Positions 8,665-16,878 of a stretch of DNA of 24,960 nt are shown piece after piece. The DNA comes from Elusimicrobiota bacterium. Its GTDB lineage: Bacteria; Elusimicrobiota; Elusimicrobia; Elusimicrobiales; UBA9959. The stretch covers positions 1 through 24,960 of the forward strand of contig JBAXKK010000033.1 in the NCBI GenBank assembly GCA_037137395.1, read 5' to 3'. A program made the translations under genes and the position numbers. The stretch's first letter is position 1; every line of letters starts with the position of its first letter. A model generated the notes under the pieces. The model was not told the DNA's origin, made no database searches, and saw nothing but the letters and a program-made list of their open reading frames with translations.

Positions 8665-9623
8665 CAACGCCAGCTTATAGGGGTTTTCACGCACACATCG
8701 CATATGGAGGAATTTATACCGGGGATTTCCCTTATCGCATGATCAAAAAATGAGCCCATAAGGTTCTTCTCTTCATACACGCCGCAACACCTGTACAAAC
8801 ACCCGTCAAAATCTATTGTCACCAGGTAACGCTTGAGCATGCAGTCCGCCGGCGTTTTAAGCGTGCGTGCGATTTTCTCTTCCTTTTTCAGGTCTATGAA
8901 CCGGCGGTAAAATTCCGAGAAACGCTCTTTTTCCTTCTGAAAAGCGGCGTTCCCCTCAACGCAGGAGACGGAGCAGCGGGCAAGCTTAAACTTAACGCCG
9001 TTCTTACGGCAGAAATCTTTCGCGAGGACGGCTTCCGCCTTGTTATACACGTAATCATGAAATTTGACAACTATCTCCATTGCGCCGCGCAACCGCTTTT
9101 TGGCAGAAACAAGATCGCTAATGTTTTCCAACACCATCTTTATGTCGCCGCCTACATGGTTCTTTGAGTATACTTCCTGTGACATGCCTGACAGAGATAC
9201 CTCCAGCCGATCCAACCCGGAACTCACAACCGCGTAAGGGTCCGTCAGGCAGTTCAAATTAGTGAAGGCGATGATCTTTGCGCCGGAAAGCCGGGATTTG
9301 GCGTATCTCGCCATTTCAGGGAACAAGGGATTAAGAAGGGGCTCGCCCCAGTTAGCCAACCATAATTCGCGCACCCTTACATTTTCGTCCCGGAACTTTT
9401 CGATTATTTTTTTAAAAAGTTCCATATCCATCGCGCCCCGTCTTCCGTTAACGAGGCCGTGGACACCTCCTCTCGGGCACATGACGCATTTAAGGTTGCA
9501 GTCCGCGGATATTTCCACGCAGACGGTGGCTCCTGCCGGAAAAAAACAGTCGAAATAATAGCTCATCGCCCGGCTCAGCCCGCTCCCGGCAAACCGGCGC
9601 TGGAAAAATCTTCGTATATTCAT
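8664..9623 (-). CDS. Radical SAM protein with C-terminal SPASM/twitch-like Cys motif (319 aa)
   Basis: EISADCNLKCVMCP; WGEPLLNP; C-terminal C...IDFDGCLYRCC...MGS...CDVC. Confidence 0.88.
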   Translation of the reverse strand: MNIRRFFQRRFAGSGLSRAMSYYFDCFFPAGATVCVEISADCNLKCVMCPRGGVHGLVNGRRGAMDMELFKKIIEKFRDENVRVRELWLANWGEPLLNPLFPEMARYAKSRLSGAKIIAFTNLNCLTDPYAVVSSGLDRLEVSLSGMSQEVYSKNHVGGDIKMVLENISDLVSAKKRLRGAMEIVVKFHDYVYNKAEAVLAKDFCRKNGVKFKLARCSVSCVEGNAAFQKEKERFSEFYRRFIDLKKEEKIARTLKTPADCMLKRYLVTIDFDGCLYRCCGVYEEKNLMGSFFDHAIREIPGINSSICDVCVKTPISWR

Positions 9624-9662
9624 ATCGGTGCAATTTTCTTAGCAACAGTTTCACGGTTGCCG

Positions 9663-10493
9663 TTACCGCGCTTTCTGCCAATAGACGCCCACCCAGTCAA
9701 TCGGAATTATTTCCTCCCGGATCGAGCGCTCTTTTCTGAAATCATGAACAGCCGCTTTACAGGATTCAACAGCCCCATAGTCGTCAACGATCAAAAAACC
9801 TCCTGCCGAAAGCTTGTGATATAAACTTTTCAGGGCGTCCATCGTCGACTCATACAAGTCGCCATCAAGACGCAGCACGGCAAGTTTTTCTATCGGCGCG
9901 TCCGGCAGGGTCTCTTTAAACCAACCCTTTAAAAAACAAACCTGCTCGTCTAAAAGCCCGTATCTTTCAAAGTTTTGTTTTACCCGCTCCAGAGAAACCG
10001 CCAAATCTTTATACTTATAGAGATTGACCCCTTTATCCTTGGGGTATCTGACTTCATCCGGCCTGGGCAAACCCGCGAACGAGTCGGCGACAAAAACTTT
10101 CCTGTCGGTGACGGCATAAGCTTTTAAAATGGCGCGCATAAAAATCGTCGCCCCGCCGCGCCAGACTCCGGTTTCTATCAAATCACCAGGCACATTATTT
10201 TTGATGATCTGCTCGACGCAATACTGAATATTATCCAGCCGCTTAAGCCCTATCATGGTATGCGCTACCGGCGGCCAATCTTTCCCCGACACCCGCCTGT
10301 CTTCGCCCTGGTCGCGGAGATTTATAATTTCAGGATTATTTTTACGAAGCAGCAGTTGAACAAAGAATCTTTGTATTTTTTTATTCCAGGGCGTAAAATT
10401 CCGGCATTCATGCTCGTAATAAATCGTATTGGTAAGGCAGCGCTTCATCAGATCCAGGTACAGCCCGCTGCAATTTTCATTATTTACCGGCAT
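9663..10493 (-). CDS. TylF/MycF/NovP-family (macrocin-type) O-methyltransferase
   Basis: TMIGLKRLDN, GDLIETGVWRGG, DSFAGLP, GWFKETLP, LRLDGDLYEST and IVDDYG signature motifs. Confidence 0.93.
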   Translation of the reverse strand: MPVNNENCSGLYLDLMKRCLTNTIYYEHECRNFTPWNKKIQRFFVQLLLRKNNPEIINLRDQGEDRRVSGKDWPPVAHTMIGLKRLDNIQYCVEQIIKNNVPGDLIETGVWRGGATIFMRAILKAYAVTDRKVFVADSFAGLPRPDEVRYPKDKGVNLYKYKDLAVSLERVKQNFERYGLLDEQVCFLKGWFKETLPDAPIEKLAVLRLDGDLYESTMDALKSLYHKLSAGGFLIVDDYGAVESCKAAVHDFRKERSIREEIIPIDWVGVYWQKAR

Positions 10494-10513
10494 CTAAATC
10501 TCCCGTAGTTTTA

Positions 10514-11425
10514 TTAAAATCCGCGAGCTGCGGCGCCGGCGGTGTCCTGTGGTATGCCCACGGCGCTCCAGCCGTATTTTCGCACCAGGCGGCACAACCC
10601 CCTGAGTATGCGAAAGAAAGTGCGAACCGGCATCGCGCGCCCGGTCTGCGAGCCGGAGTTGGGCCCCGCCGGCTGCATGCTTTTGCTCAGCCCGCCGTGA
10701 AAAACAAAAGCGTCTGGCACGGTCGCCAGCTTCCACCCGGCTTTTCTCGCTCTTATAGCGTAATCCACTTCTTCCATATAGCCAAAGCCGAACCCCTCGT
10801 CAAACGGGCCCAGCTCCTTATAAACTTCGCGCTTAAATAACATGCAGAAACCCAAAAGCCAGCCTGCCTCAACAGCGGGACTTCTTCGGCCGGACAGGGC
10901 CAGACCGAAAGCGTCAAAACGGCGCAGCTCTCCGTCCTCAAAAGATTCAAGCGGAGCAGGCAGCTTGGCAGCCTGCTGCAGCGCGGCATTGAAACCACCG
11001 TTACTCACCGGACCGGCCAGCCCCAGCCTGGGGTCCGAGTCCAGCGCGGCCTCAAGCCTGGCCAGGGCTCCGGGCGCCAATCTGGTGTCGCTGTTACATA
11101 ACAGTAGACGGGAGCCGGTTGCCAGCGAAAGTCCTTTATTAGCCGAGCGCAGATAGCCGAGATTTTTTATATTCCGGTGGTAAATGACGTCGGCCCAACT
11201 CCCGGCTTCCCTGGCGGAAGCGGCCGTCTCGGCCTCCAGCGGGGAAGCGTCGTCAACGATCACCAGCTCCACCCTCCGCCCGGCGTTCAGCCGCAGGCCG
11301 GAAAGGAAAAGCCGGTCCAGCATTTCAGCAAGATAGCGGTTCCGGCTGTAGACCGGAACTATAACGCTCAGCGTACCCCGGTCGCGCGCATGATTTAAAC
11401 CAGTTTTACGATTCATAAAAATCAT
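10514..11425 (-). CDS. Glycosyltransferase family 2 protein
   Basis: LSVIVPVY, IVDDAS, NLGY..SANKG, LLCNSD, GPFDEGF..GYMEEVDY..RA..AGW, FVFH; start could be 11416. Confidence 0.9.
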   Translation of the reverse strand: MIFMNRKTGLNHARDRGTLSVIVPVYSRNRYLAEMLDRLFLSGLRLNAGRRVELVIVDDASPLEAETAASAREAGSWADVIYHRNIKNLGYLRSANKGLSLATGSRLLLCNSDTRLAPGALARLEAALDSDPRLGLAGPVSNGGFNAALQQAAKLPAPLESFEDGELRRFDAFGLALSGRRSPAVEAGWLLGFCMLFKREVYKELGPFDEGFGFGYMEEVDYAIRARKAGWKLATVPDAFVFHGGLSKSMQPAGPNSGSQTGRAMPVRTFFRILRGLCRLVRKYGWSAVGIPQDTAGAAARGF

Positions 11426-11457
11426 CAGAGCCTATGCCTATAAACAAGGTCTCCGCG

Positions 11458-12267
11458 TCAGACGGGCAGGCGCAGGACGCCGATACCATAGCTTACCTGC
11501 GAGGTGTCCTCTATATATTCCGTCCTGACCCCGGGCAGCGCGGTCTCCCTCCAGAAACGGCTTACGGCTACGCCGAACTCCTCCAGACCCGGTTGTATGT
11601 CGTGAAAGGCTATCACCCCTCCGGGTTTTACAAAGCGGGAATACATTTCAAAATCTGATTTCACTCCCGCAAAGGTGTGGTCGCCGTCTATAAAAAGCAG
11701 ATCAAGTTTACGCCCGCCCAAAGCCTTTTCGAACAGCGCCGCGCTGAAGGGTGATTTTGAATCTCCGTCTATGAGCCGCAGGTCCTGTCCCGGACCCGCC
11801 ATAGCCTTGAGCAGCGGCAGTCGCCAGGATCCTTTATTTATAAACGGCAAAGGTCCGCTATGTATCGCTCCCGGAAGATCAAGGCTTATTATAAGGGCGT
11901 CCGGGGCCGCGGCGCGGCATAGCAGCATCAGCGTCCCCCCTTTTGCGCGTCCTATTTCCGCCACGACTGAAGGCGGGGCGGGGAAGGTTTCTCTCAAAAA
12001 AGAAAGTATCTCCGCACGACGCTGCAGCATCCCCGTAAAAAATGAACCTGAGCCCAGGATAAACTCGGCGGATTCCTCCAGGCCTGAGGAGGAGAGTTCT
12101 CTCAGCCTGAAAAGACAATAAAAATATTTGGCCGGGAGCATTAGCAACAGAGGGATTATGGCCGCGAGGCGCATCAAGCCGGGCGCTAGCGCCGCCATAA
12201 GCGCGGCGCAACCAAGCAGCAGAAACCGGAAAACCAGAAAAAGAAAGGAAAGTTTAAAAGGCTTCAT
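11458..12267 (-). CDS. Class I SAM-dependent methyltransferase (Methyltransf_24-like) with N-terminal TM hairpin
   Basis: EIGRAKGGT, DLLFIDGDHT..GVKSDF and GGVIAFHD motifs; two hydrophobic N-terminal segments. Confidence 0.85.
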   Translation of the reverse strand: MKPFKLSFLFLVFRFLLLGCAALMAALAPGLMRLAAIIPLLLMLPAKYFYCLFRLRELSSSGLEESAEFILGSGSFFTGMLQRRAEILSFLRETFPAPPSVVAEIGRAKGGTLMLLCRAAAPDALIISLDLPGAIHSGPLPFINKGSWRLPLLKAMAGPGQDLRLIDGDSKSPFSAALFEKALGGRKLDLLFIDGDHTFAGVKSDFEMYSRFVKPGGVIAFHDIQPGLEEFGVAVSRFWRETALPGVRTEYIEDTSQVSYGIGVLRLPV

Positions 12268-12350
12268 TGTTCATCGCGGAAAATAATAACGACGCAGGAT
12301 TATCAGGCCATTCCGTTTTTACGCCTGACATTTACTCGCTCAAGCCTCTA

Positions 12351-13529
12351 TCACTTCAGGCCGAGCAGGGCCTTATGCTTCTCCGCTATCAGCGCGGCCA
12401 ACTCGTCTATCTGCGCGAGGTCGGCCGCGGTGGGCAGGCCTTTAACCATGACCGGCTTTAAAACTTCCGCCTTCAGATTGGGGATCATGGCGGCGATAGT
12501 TTCAAGCGCCCTACCGCCCCAGCCGAAAGAGCCGATTACCGATACGAATTTCGCTTTAGGCTTCAGCAGATTAGCCAGGTACGCCCCGTAAACGGCCTTG
12601 GGGTGCGGCCCCATTAGCACTGTCGGGGTGCCTATAACAATGGTGGTCGCGTCCACCATCGCCATGGCCACGCGACCCTCGTCGATCTGCTCCAAATTAA
12701 GCTTTTCCACGGAGATGCCGAATTCCTGCAGACGACTGACCAGTCGGTTGACCAGAACAAAAGTGCTGCCGTGCATAGAGACATAGGCCACCAGAACATT
12801 GTTTTCGGTCGGCCCGCCAGCCCACTTCTGATATAGGTTTTTTACAAAAGCCACATTTTTGTGCACGGGTCCGTGGCTAGGAGCGATCATCGCGAGATCC
12901 AGGCTCTTGATCTTTTCGAGGTTGGCGAGGATACTGGTCCGAAACGGCATCATAATCTCCGCGTAATAGCGTTTCATCGGATCGTGCACTACATTTTCTT
13001 CGGAGAAAACCGCGCCGGAGGCCAGATGGGAACCGAAAAAATCGCAGGAGAAAAGGATCCCGTCCTCTTTAAGCCAGGTGACCATAGTTTCGGGCCAGTG
13101 CACCCAAGGAGTATAAAAAAACTGCAGGGTCTTGCCACCCAGATCCAGAGTGTCGCCGTCCTTAACCTCGATAAACTTTTCAGCCGGGACATGCAGATGA
13201 CTCATCAGAAACTCTTTGCATTTGGGGTTGGTCACAACTTTGGCCATGGGATACTTTTCCAGAACAAACGGGATGGAGCCGGAATGGTCCTGCTCGGCAT
13301 GGTTGGCGACCAGATAGTCCAGCGTTGTGACATCCTTGAGGAAATCGAACAGAACCTCACGCTTTTCCGGATCCACGGAATCAATGAGGACCGTCTTAGC
13401 GGCGCCTTTTACCAGATAGGAATTATAGCTCGTTCCCTCCGGAAGAGGTATGAGGGAGTCGAACAGCCTCCGGTTAAAATGATTTATCTGCAAAAAAAAC
13501 ACATTGTCTGAAAGTTTTACCGGTTTCAT
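12351..13529 (-). CDS. fprA: Flavodiiron protein (FprA, A-type flavoprotein; metallo-beta-lactamase plus flavodoxin domains)
   Basis: HAEQDH, HWPE, SCDFFGSH and PSHG diiron-site motifs; SMHGST, GTPT and GSFGWGG flavodoxin motifs; start moved to ATG 13529 with an AGGAG RBS. Confidence 0.93.
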   Translation of the reverse strand: MKPVKLSDNVFFLQINHFNRRLFDSLIPLPEGTSYNSYLVKGAAKTVLIDSVDPEKREVLFDFLKDVTTLDYLVANHAEQDHSGSIPFVLEKYPMAKVVTNPKCKEFLMSHLHVPAEKFIEVKDGDTLDLGGKTLQFFYTPWVHWPETMVTWLKEDGILFSCDFFGSHLASGAVFSEENVVHDPMKRYYAEIMMPFRTSILANLEKIKSLDLAMIAPSHGPVHKNVAFVKNLYQKWAGGPTENNVLVAYVSMHGSTFVLVNRLVSRLQEFGISVEKLNLEQIDEGRVAMAMVDATTIVIGTPTVLMGPHPKAVYGAYLANLLKPKAKFVSVIGSFGWGGRALETIAAMIPNLKAEVLKPVMVKGLPTAADLAQIDELAALIAEKHKALLGLK

Positions 13530-13550
13530 AAGTATCTCCTTAATTAAATC

Positions 13551-13578
13551 ACCCTGCACCCTGAACCCTATACCCTGT
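13551..13578. repeat. Heptamer tandem array (ACCCTNN)x4
   Basis: ACCCTGC ACCCTGA ACCCTAT ACCCTGT between the moaD-like stop and the fprA RBS. Confidence 0.85.
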
Positions 13579-13579
13579 T

Positions 13580-13858
13580 TTATCCCCCTGAAATCGGCGG
13601 GAAGACGTGAAGGATATCTCCCGCGCGCACTTTTGCCTTACCGATCTTTCTGTTATCTACTATCTCGGAATTAAGCGTCAGCACAAAATGGTTTCTGACC
13701 GTCCCGTCTTTTTCAAACAGTATTTCCGAAACATCAGTCTTGCAGGAAACGGCGAGCTTTAGAAGCAAATCGCGTACCGTGCGCCCTTCCAATTCGGCCT
13801 TGGAAATGCCCAGCCTTTTTCTCAAAGTCGTATAGATCATTACGGTTATTTTAGGCAT
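13580..13858 (-). CDS. MoaD/ThiS-family ubiquitin-like sulfur carrier (92 aa)
   Basis: Beta-grasp size and C-terminal GDILHVFPPISGG; start at ATG 13858 (MPKITV), because the longer N-terminus in the track is translated repeat. Confidence 0.88.
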   Translation of the reverse strand: MPKITVMIYTTLRKRLGISKAELEGRTVRDLLLKLAVSCKTDVSEILFEKDGTVRNHFVLTLNSEIVDNRKIGKAKVRAGDILHVFPPISGG

Positions 13859-13862
13859 AAAA

Positions 13863-13926
13863 CAGCGCGGCAGCAAGACAGCAAGACAGCAAGACAGCGC
13901 GGCAGTACGACAGCAAGACAGCAAGA
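13863..13926. repeat. Octamer tandem array (CAGCAAGA)x8, degenerate
   Basis: cagcgcgg cagcaaga cagcaaga cagcaaga cagcgcgg cagtacga cagcaaga cagcaaga. Confidence 0.92.
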
Positions 13927-13943
13927 CAACGAAAAGAAACCTA

Positions 13944-13985
13944 TTTACGCTTTACGCTTCCCGCTTTACGCTTCCCGCTTTACGC
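13944..13985. repeat. Heptamer array (TTTACGC/TTCCCGC)x6 spanning the moeB-like C-terminus and stop codon
   Basis: tttacgc tttacgc ttcccgc tttacgc ttcccgc tttacgc. Confidence 0.9.
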
Positions 13986-14719
13986 CTTCCACCACAGACC
14001 GGGCAGTTCCGCCGTTTCTTAAGCCGCACGAAGTGGGTGGCGCCGCCGGCGATATCAAATATGGTCAGCCGGTCGCTATGAGACGGCAATCCGCATATCA
14101 GTTTTATAACTTCCACGGCCTGCATTGCCCCCAGCACTCCGGGCACAGGGCCTGGCACAGAAGTAAATCCTTTTATCGGAGGCGGAGTATGCGGAAAAGC
14201 ACATCTCAGGCACGGGCCCCCGCGCGGATCCAGGACGGCCAGTTGGCCCTCAAAACCATAAACCGCGCCGTGTACAAGTATCCTGCGGGCCCGGAAACAG
14301 GCCTTATTCATCTCGAAACGGGCTTCAAAATTATCGGTACAGTCAACTACCAGTCTGTATGTTTTTAAAATGGGCGCGATATTTTCCGAATTAATTTTCA
14401 GGCAGAAGGTTTCCGGGCGGGAAGCCGGGTTAAGCTCTTTAAGGAATGCAGCCAGCAACGCGACCTTGGCGCGGCCGACATCCCGAGTTTTGTAGAAAAC
14501 CTGCCGGTTAAGATTAGAGAGTTCAAGCAGCCCGGGATCCGCGAAACCAAGCCGCCCTATTCCCGCCGCTGCCAGATAGGCAGCGACCACGGATCCAAGA
14601 CCGCCGGCGCCGACCACCAGGACCGACGCGTTCTTTAATTTGGCCTGGCCACGCAGCCCGATGCCGGGGACCGCCAGTTGCCTTGAATAGCGCTCGCGCT
14701 CGGCGGAAGTGAGACTCAT
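13952..14719 (-). CDS. moeB: ThiF/MoeB/HesA-family adenylyltransferase (E1-like)
   Basis: RYSRQ, VLVVGAGGLGS, SNLNRQ, DCTDNF..R, PCLRC and CPVCG; the start overlaps the murC-like stop (ATGA). Confidence 0.9.
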   Translation of the reverse strand: MSLTSAERERYSRQLAVPGIGLRGQAKLKNASVLVVGAGGLGSVVAAYLAAAGIGRLGFADPGLLELSNLNRQVFYKTRDVGRAKVALLAAFLKELNPASRPETFCLKINSENIAPILKTYRLVVDCTDNFEARFEMNKACFRARRILVHGAVYGFEGQLAVLDPRGGPCLRCAFPHTPPPIKGFTSVPGPVPGVLGAMQAVEVIKLICGLPSHSDRLTIFDIAGGATHFVRLKKRRNCPVCGGRRKAGSVKREA

Positions 14720-16095
14720 GCGCGCGCCCCGAACTTGCTTTTTATACTCCCGAAAATCTCCTTTGCGAAATCCGAAAGGGTCCAGTCCCGCGCGCCCATG
14801 ACCAGGACAACATCTCCGGGTGCGGCGAGCTCAACAGCCCTGGCGACAATATCGCGCCGCTGTTTAAAATAAAAAGCCGTTCCGCCGCGCGCGCTGACTT
14901 CGTCCGTCAGGTCCTTAGAAGATATATCCTTTGCCACGGTGCCGCCGGCGTAATAGATCTCAGGCATGATAAGAATATCTCTGCCCTTCAGTTCTTTTAA
15001 AAAAGTGTCCACAAGCTCACGCCTGAGATGGCGCGTGGGCGAGAAACCGTGCGGCTGATAGATCGCTATTACGCGCCGGTCGGAATCCTTGTGCAGCGCG
15101 CCAAGCACCGCTGAGATCTTGGCCGGATTATGGGCGTAGTCGTCCACCACGGTTACGCCGCCCGCTTCACCGGCCAGTTCAAAACGCCGCTGGACTCCGC
15201 GATATTTTTTCAGGCTTTCGGCGCAGAGCTCAGGCTTGATTCCCATGTCCAGAGCGACGGCTATGGCCGCCAGGGCGTTCTCTATATTATAAAGCCCGGG
15301 CGACGGCAGCACGAAATTTACCCCGTTCAGTTTAAAACGAGAACAAAACATCTCCAATCTTAAATCCTCAATTTTAAATCGTGAATCGCCCCTGCCGAAA
15401 AGCCCGGCCCCGGACCTGAAATCGGACAGCTCCGGATCATCGGCGTTCACGTAAAGTTTTTTCACGTGCCCGGCGAACTGCCTGAAAATGGCCTTTATAT
15501 CGGCCACCTCCTTATGGTCCTTGCTGACATTGAGTATCAAACCGGTCATCGGATGGTATTTAACTATAGTGCCGTCGGATTCGTCAGCCTCTATTACGAG
15601 AATGTCGCCTTTGCCGCGCCAGGCGTTGCCGATAAATCCCCGCTCCTTAAGCGCGACCAGCGGCCCGCCGGTAATAACGCTGGGGCCCAGTCCGGCTTCC
15701 TCAAATATAGTGAACAGCATCCCTACCACCGTGGATTTGCCGCTCGTACCCCCTACGGCAACGGTCCTAAAAGTATCCACATAGTGAGAAAGAAGTTCCG
15801 AGCGGTGAAGGAGTTTAGCGCCGACGGCGCGCGCCTTGGAAATCTCAGGGTTGGACTCCTCTATGGCGGTAGAAACCGCGACTTCGGAAGTGTCCTCGTC
15901 TATACCGCTGCCGTCCTGCGGGAATATCTGAATGCCCAGCTTTAAAAGCGCCGTCTTAAAAACCAGGTTCCCCCCGTTATCAAAGTCACGGTCGGAACCC
16001 GTCACCGCGCGGCCTTCCATTGCCGCTATCTGCGACAGGGCGCTCATGCCTGAGCCGCCTATGCCGATAAAATGTATTTTTTTTGCGCTGCTCAT
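14716..16095 (-). CDS. murC: UDP-N-acetylmuramate--L-alanine ligase family (MurC/Mpl-like) Mur ligase
   Basis: IHFIGIGGSGMSAL, GSD, GGTSGKST, EADESDG, DH, RRFE, DDYAHNP, YQPH and MGA motifs; may be a non-dcw paralog. Confidence 0.8.
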   Translation of the reverse strand: MSSAKKIHFIGIGGSGMSALSQIAAMEGRAVTGSDRDFDNGGNLVFKTALLKLGIQIFPQDGSGIDEDTSEVAVSTAIEESNPEISKARAVGAKLLHRSELLSHYVDTFRTVAVGGTSGKSTVVGMLFTIFEEAGLGPSVITGGPLVALKERGFIGNAWRGKGDILVIEADESDGTIVKYHPMTGLILNVSKDHKEVADIKAIFRQFAGHVKKLYVNADDPELSDFRSGAGLFGRGDSRFKIEDLRLEMFCSRFKLNGVNFVLPSPGLYNIENALAAIAVALDMGIKPELCAESLKKYRGVQRRFELAGEAGGVTVVDDYAHNPAKISAVLGALHKDSDRRVIAIYQPHGFSPTRHLRRELVDTFLKELKGRDILIMPEIYYAGGTVAKDISSKDLTDEVSARGGTAFYFKQRRDIVARAVELAAPGDVVLVMGARDWTLSDFAKEIFGSIKSKFGARA

Positions 16096-16243
16096 AGATT
16101 GAATTAAACGATATTATGACCTCATCATCAAGCCTATGGCGGTGCCGTAACAGGGCCTATGGCCACCAAGACAGGCAAGTGATTAGTCAACTGAATACAA
16201 ATTTTATACCATATATATAAATCACACTATAATACCGGAAACC

Positions 16244-16447
16244 ATGGACTGCAAGAAAAACGCAAACGCTAAGAATTGCACCTGCACTTATGAGCCCTGT
16301 CCCAGGAAAGGAATTTGTTGTGAGTGCGTGGCATATCACCGCGCCGCCGGTGAATTACCGGGATGCCTCTTCAGCAAGGAAGCTGAACGGACTTATGACC
16401 GTTCTATTGAAAATTTTATCGCTTTAAACAAAGGAACCACAAAATGA
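16244..16447 (+). CDS. Small Cys-rich protein (DUF6485-like, 67 aa)
   Basis: C..N...[21 protein letters not shown]....ELPGC.F...AERTYDRS pattern (family name from recall); ATGA overlap with ridA. Confidence 0.8.
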   Translation: MDCKKNANAKNCTCTYEPCPRKGICCECVAYHRAAGELPGCLFSKEAERTYDRSIENFIALNKGTTK

Positions 16448-16821
16448 AAACAATAATTTCCACCCCCGAAGCCCCTTCCGACCCCAGCCTCTATTCCCAA
16501 GCAGTGGAAGCCGGCGGCTTCATTTTTATTTCCGGCCAGCTGCCGATTGACCCCGCTACCGGAAACATGGAAGCGGCCGACACGGCATTGCAAACCAGCG
16601 CCGTCATAAGAAACATTGAAGCTATACTCAAATCGCGCGCCCTCACGCTTGAGAACGTGATTAAAACCACGGTATTCATGACAGATCTCGGTGAGATTCA
16701 AAAAATGAACGAAGTTTACGCCCGTTTTTTCGCTAAAAACCCGCCGGCCAGGGCGACTATAGAGGTTAAAGCCCTGCCCAAATCCGCGCTGGTTGAAATA
16801 GAGGCTGTCGCCGTAAAGTAG
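16444..16821 (+). CDS. ridA: RidA / YjgF-YER057c-UK114 family reactive enamine/imine deaminase
   Basis: [28 protein letters not shown] (catalytic Arg) and VEIEAVA motifs. Confidence 0.92.
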   Translation: MKTIISTPEAPSDPSLYSQAVEAGGFIFISGQLPIDPATGNMEAADTALQTSAVIRNIEAILKSRALTLENVIKTTVFMTDLGEIQKMNEVYARFFAKNPPARATIEVKALPKSALVEIEAVAVK

Positions 16822-16846
16822 CAGGTACAGTTAAAGGACGTTCCTA

Positions 16847-16874
16847 GCCCTAAACCCTGACCCCTATACCCTGA
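16847..16874. repeat. Heptamer tandem array (NCCCTNN)x4 directly before the malQ start
   Basis: gccctaa accctga cccctat accctga; same unit family as 13551-13578. Confidence 0.8.
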
Positions 16875-16878
16875 ATTT

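Noticed and set aside
13859..13924. Cys-rich N-terminal extension of the MoaD-like protein (MLSCCRTAALSCC...)
   Set aside because: It is a translation of the octamer array; the beta-grasp fold begins at MPKITV
13863..13926. Arrays here and at 20957-21204 as CRISPR
   Set aside because: The units are 7-8 bp and contiguous, with no unique spacers and no cas genes
16131..16167. Two GCCTATGGC copies in the divergent murC/DUF6485-like spacer
   Set aside because: They resemble the GCCTATG unit but are not tandem; too short to call an operator or array
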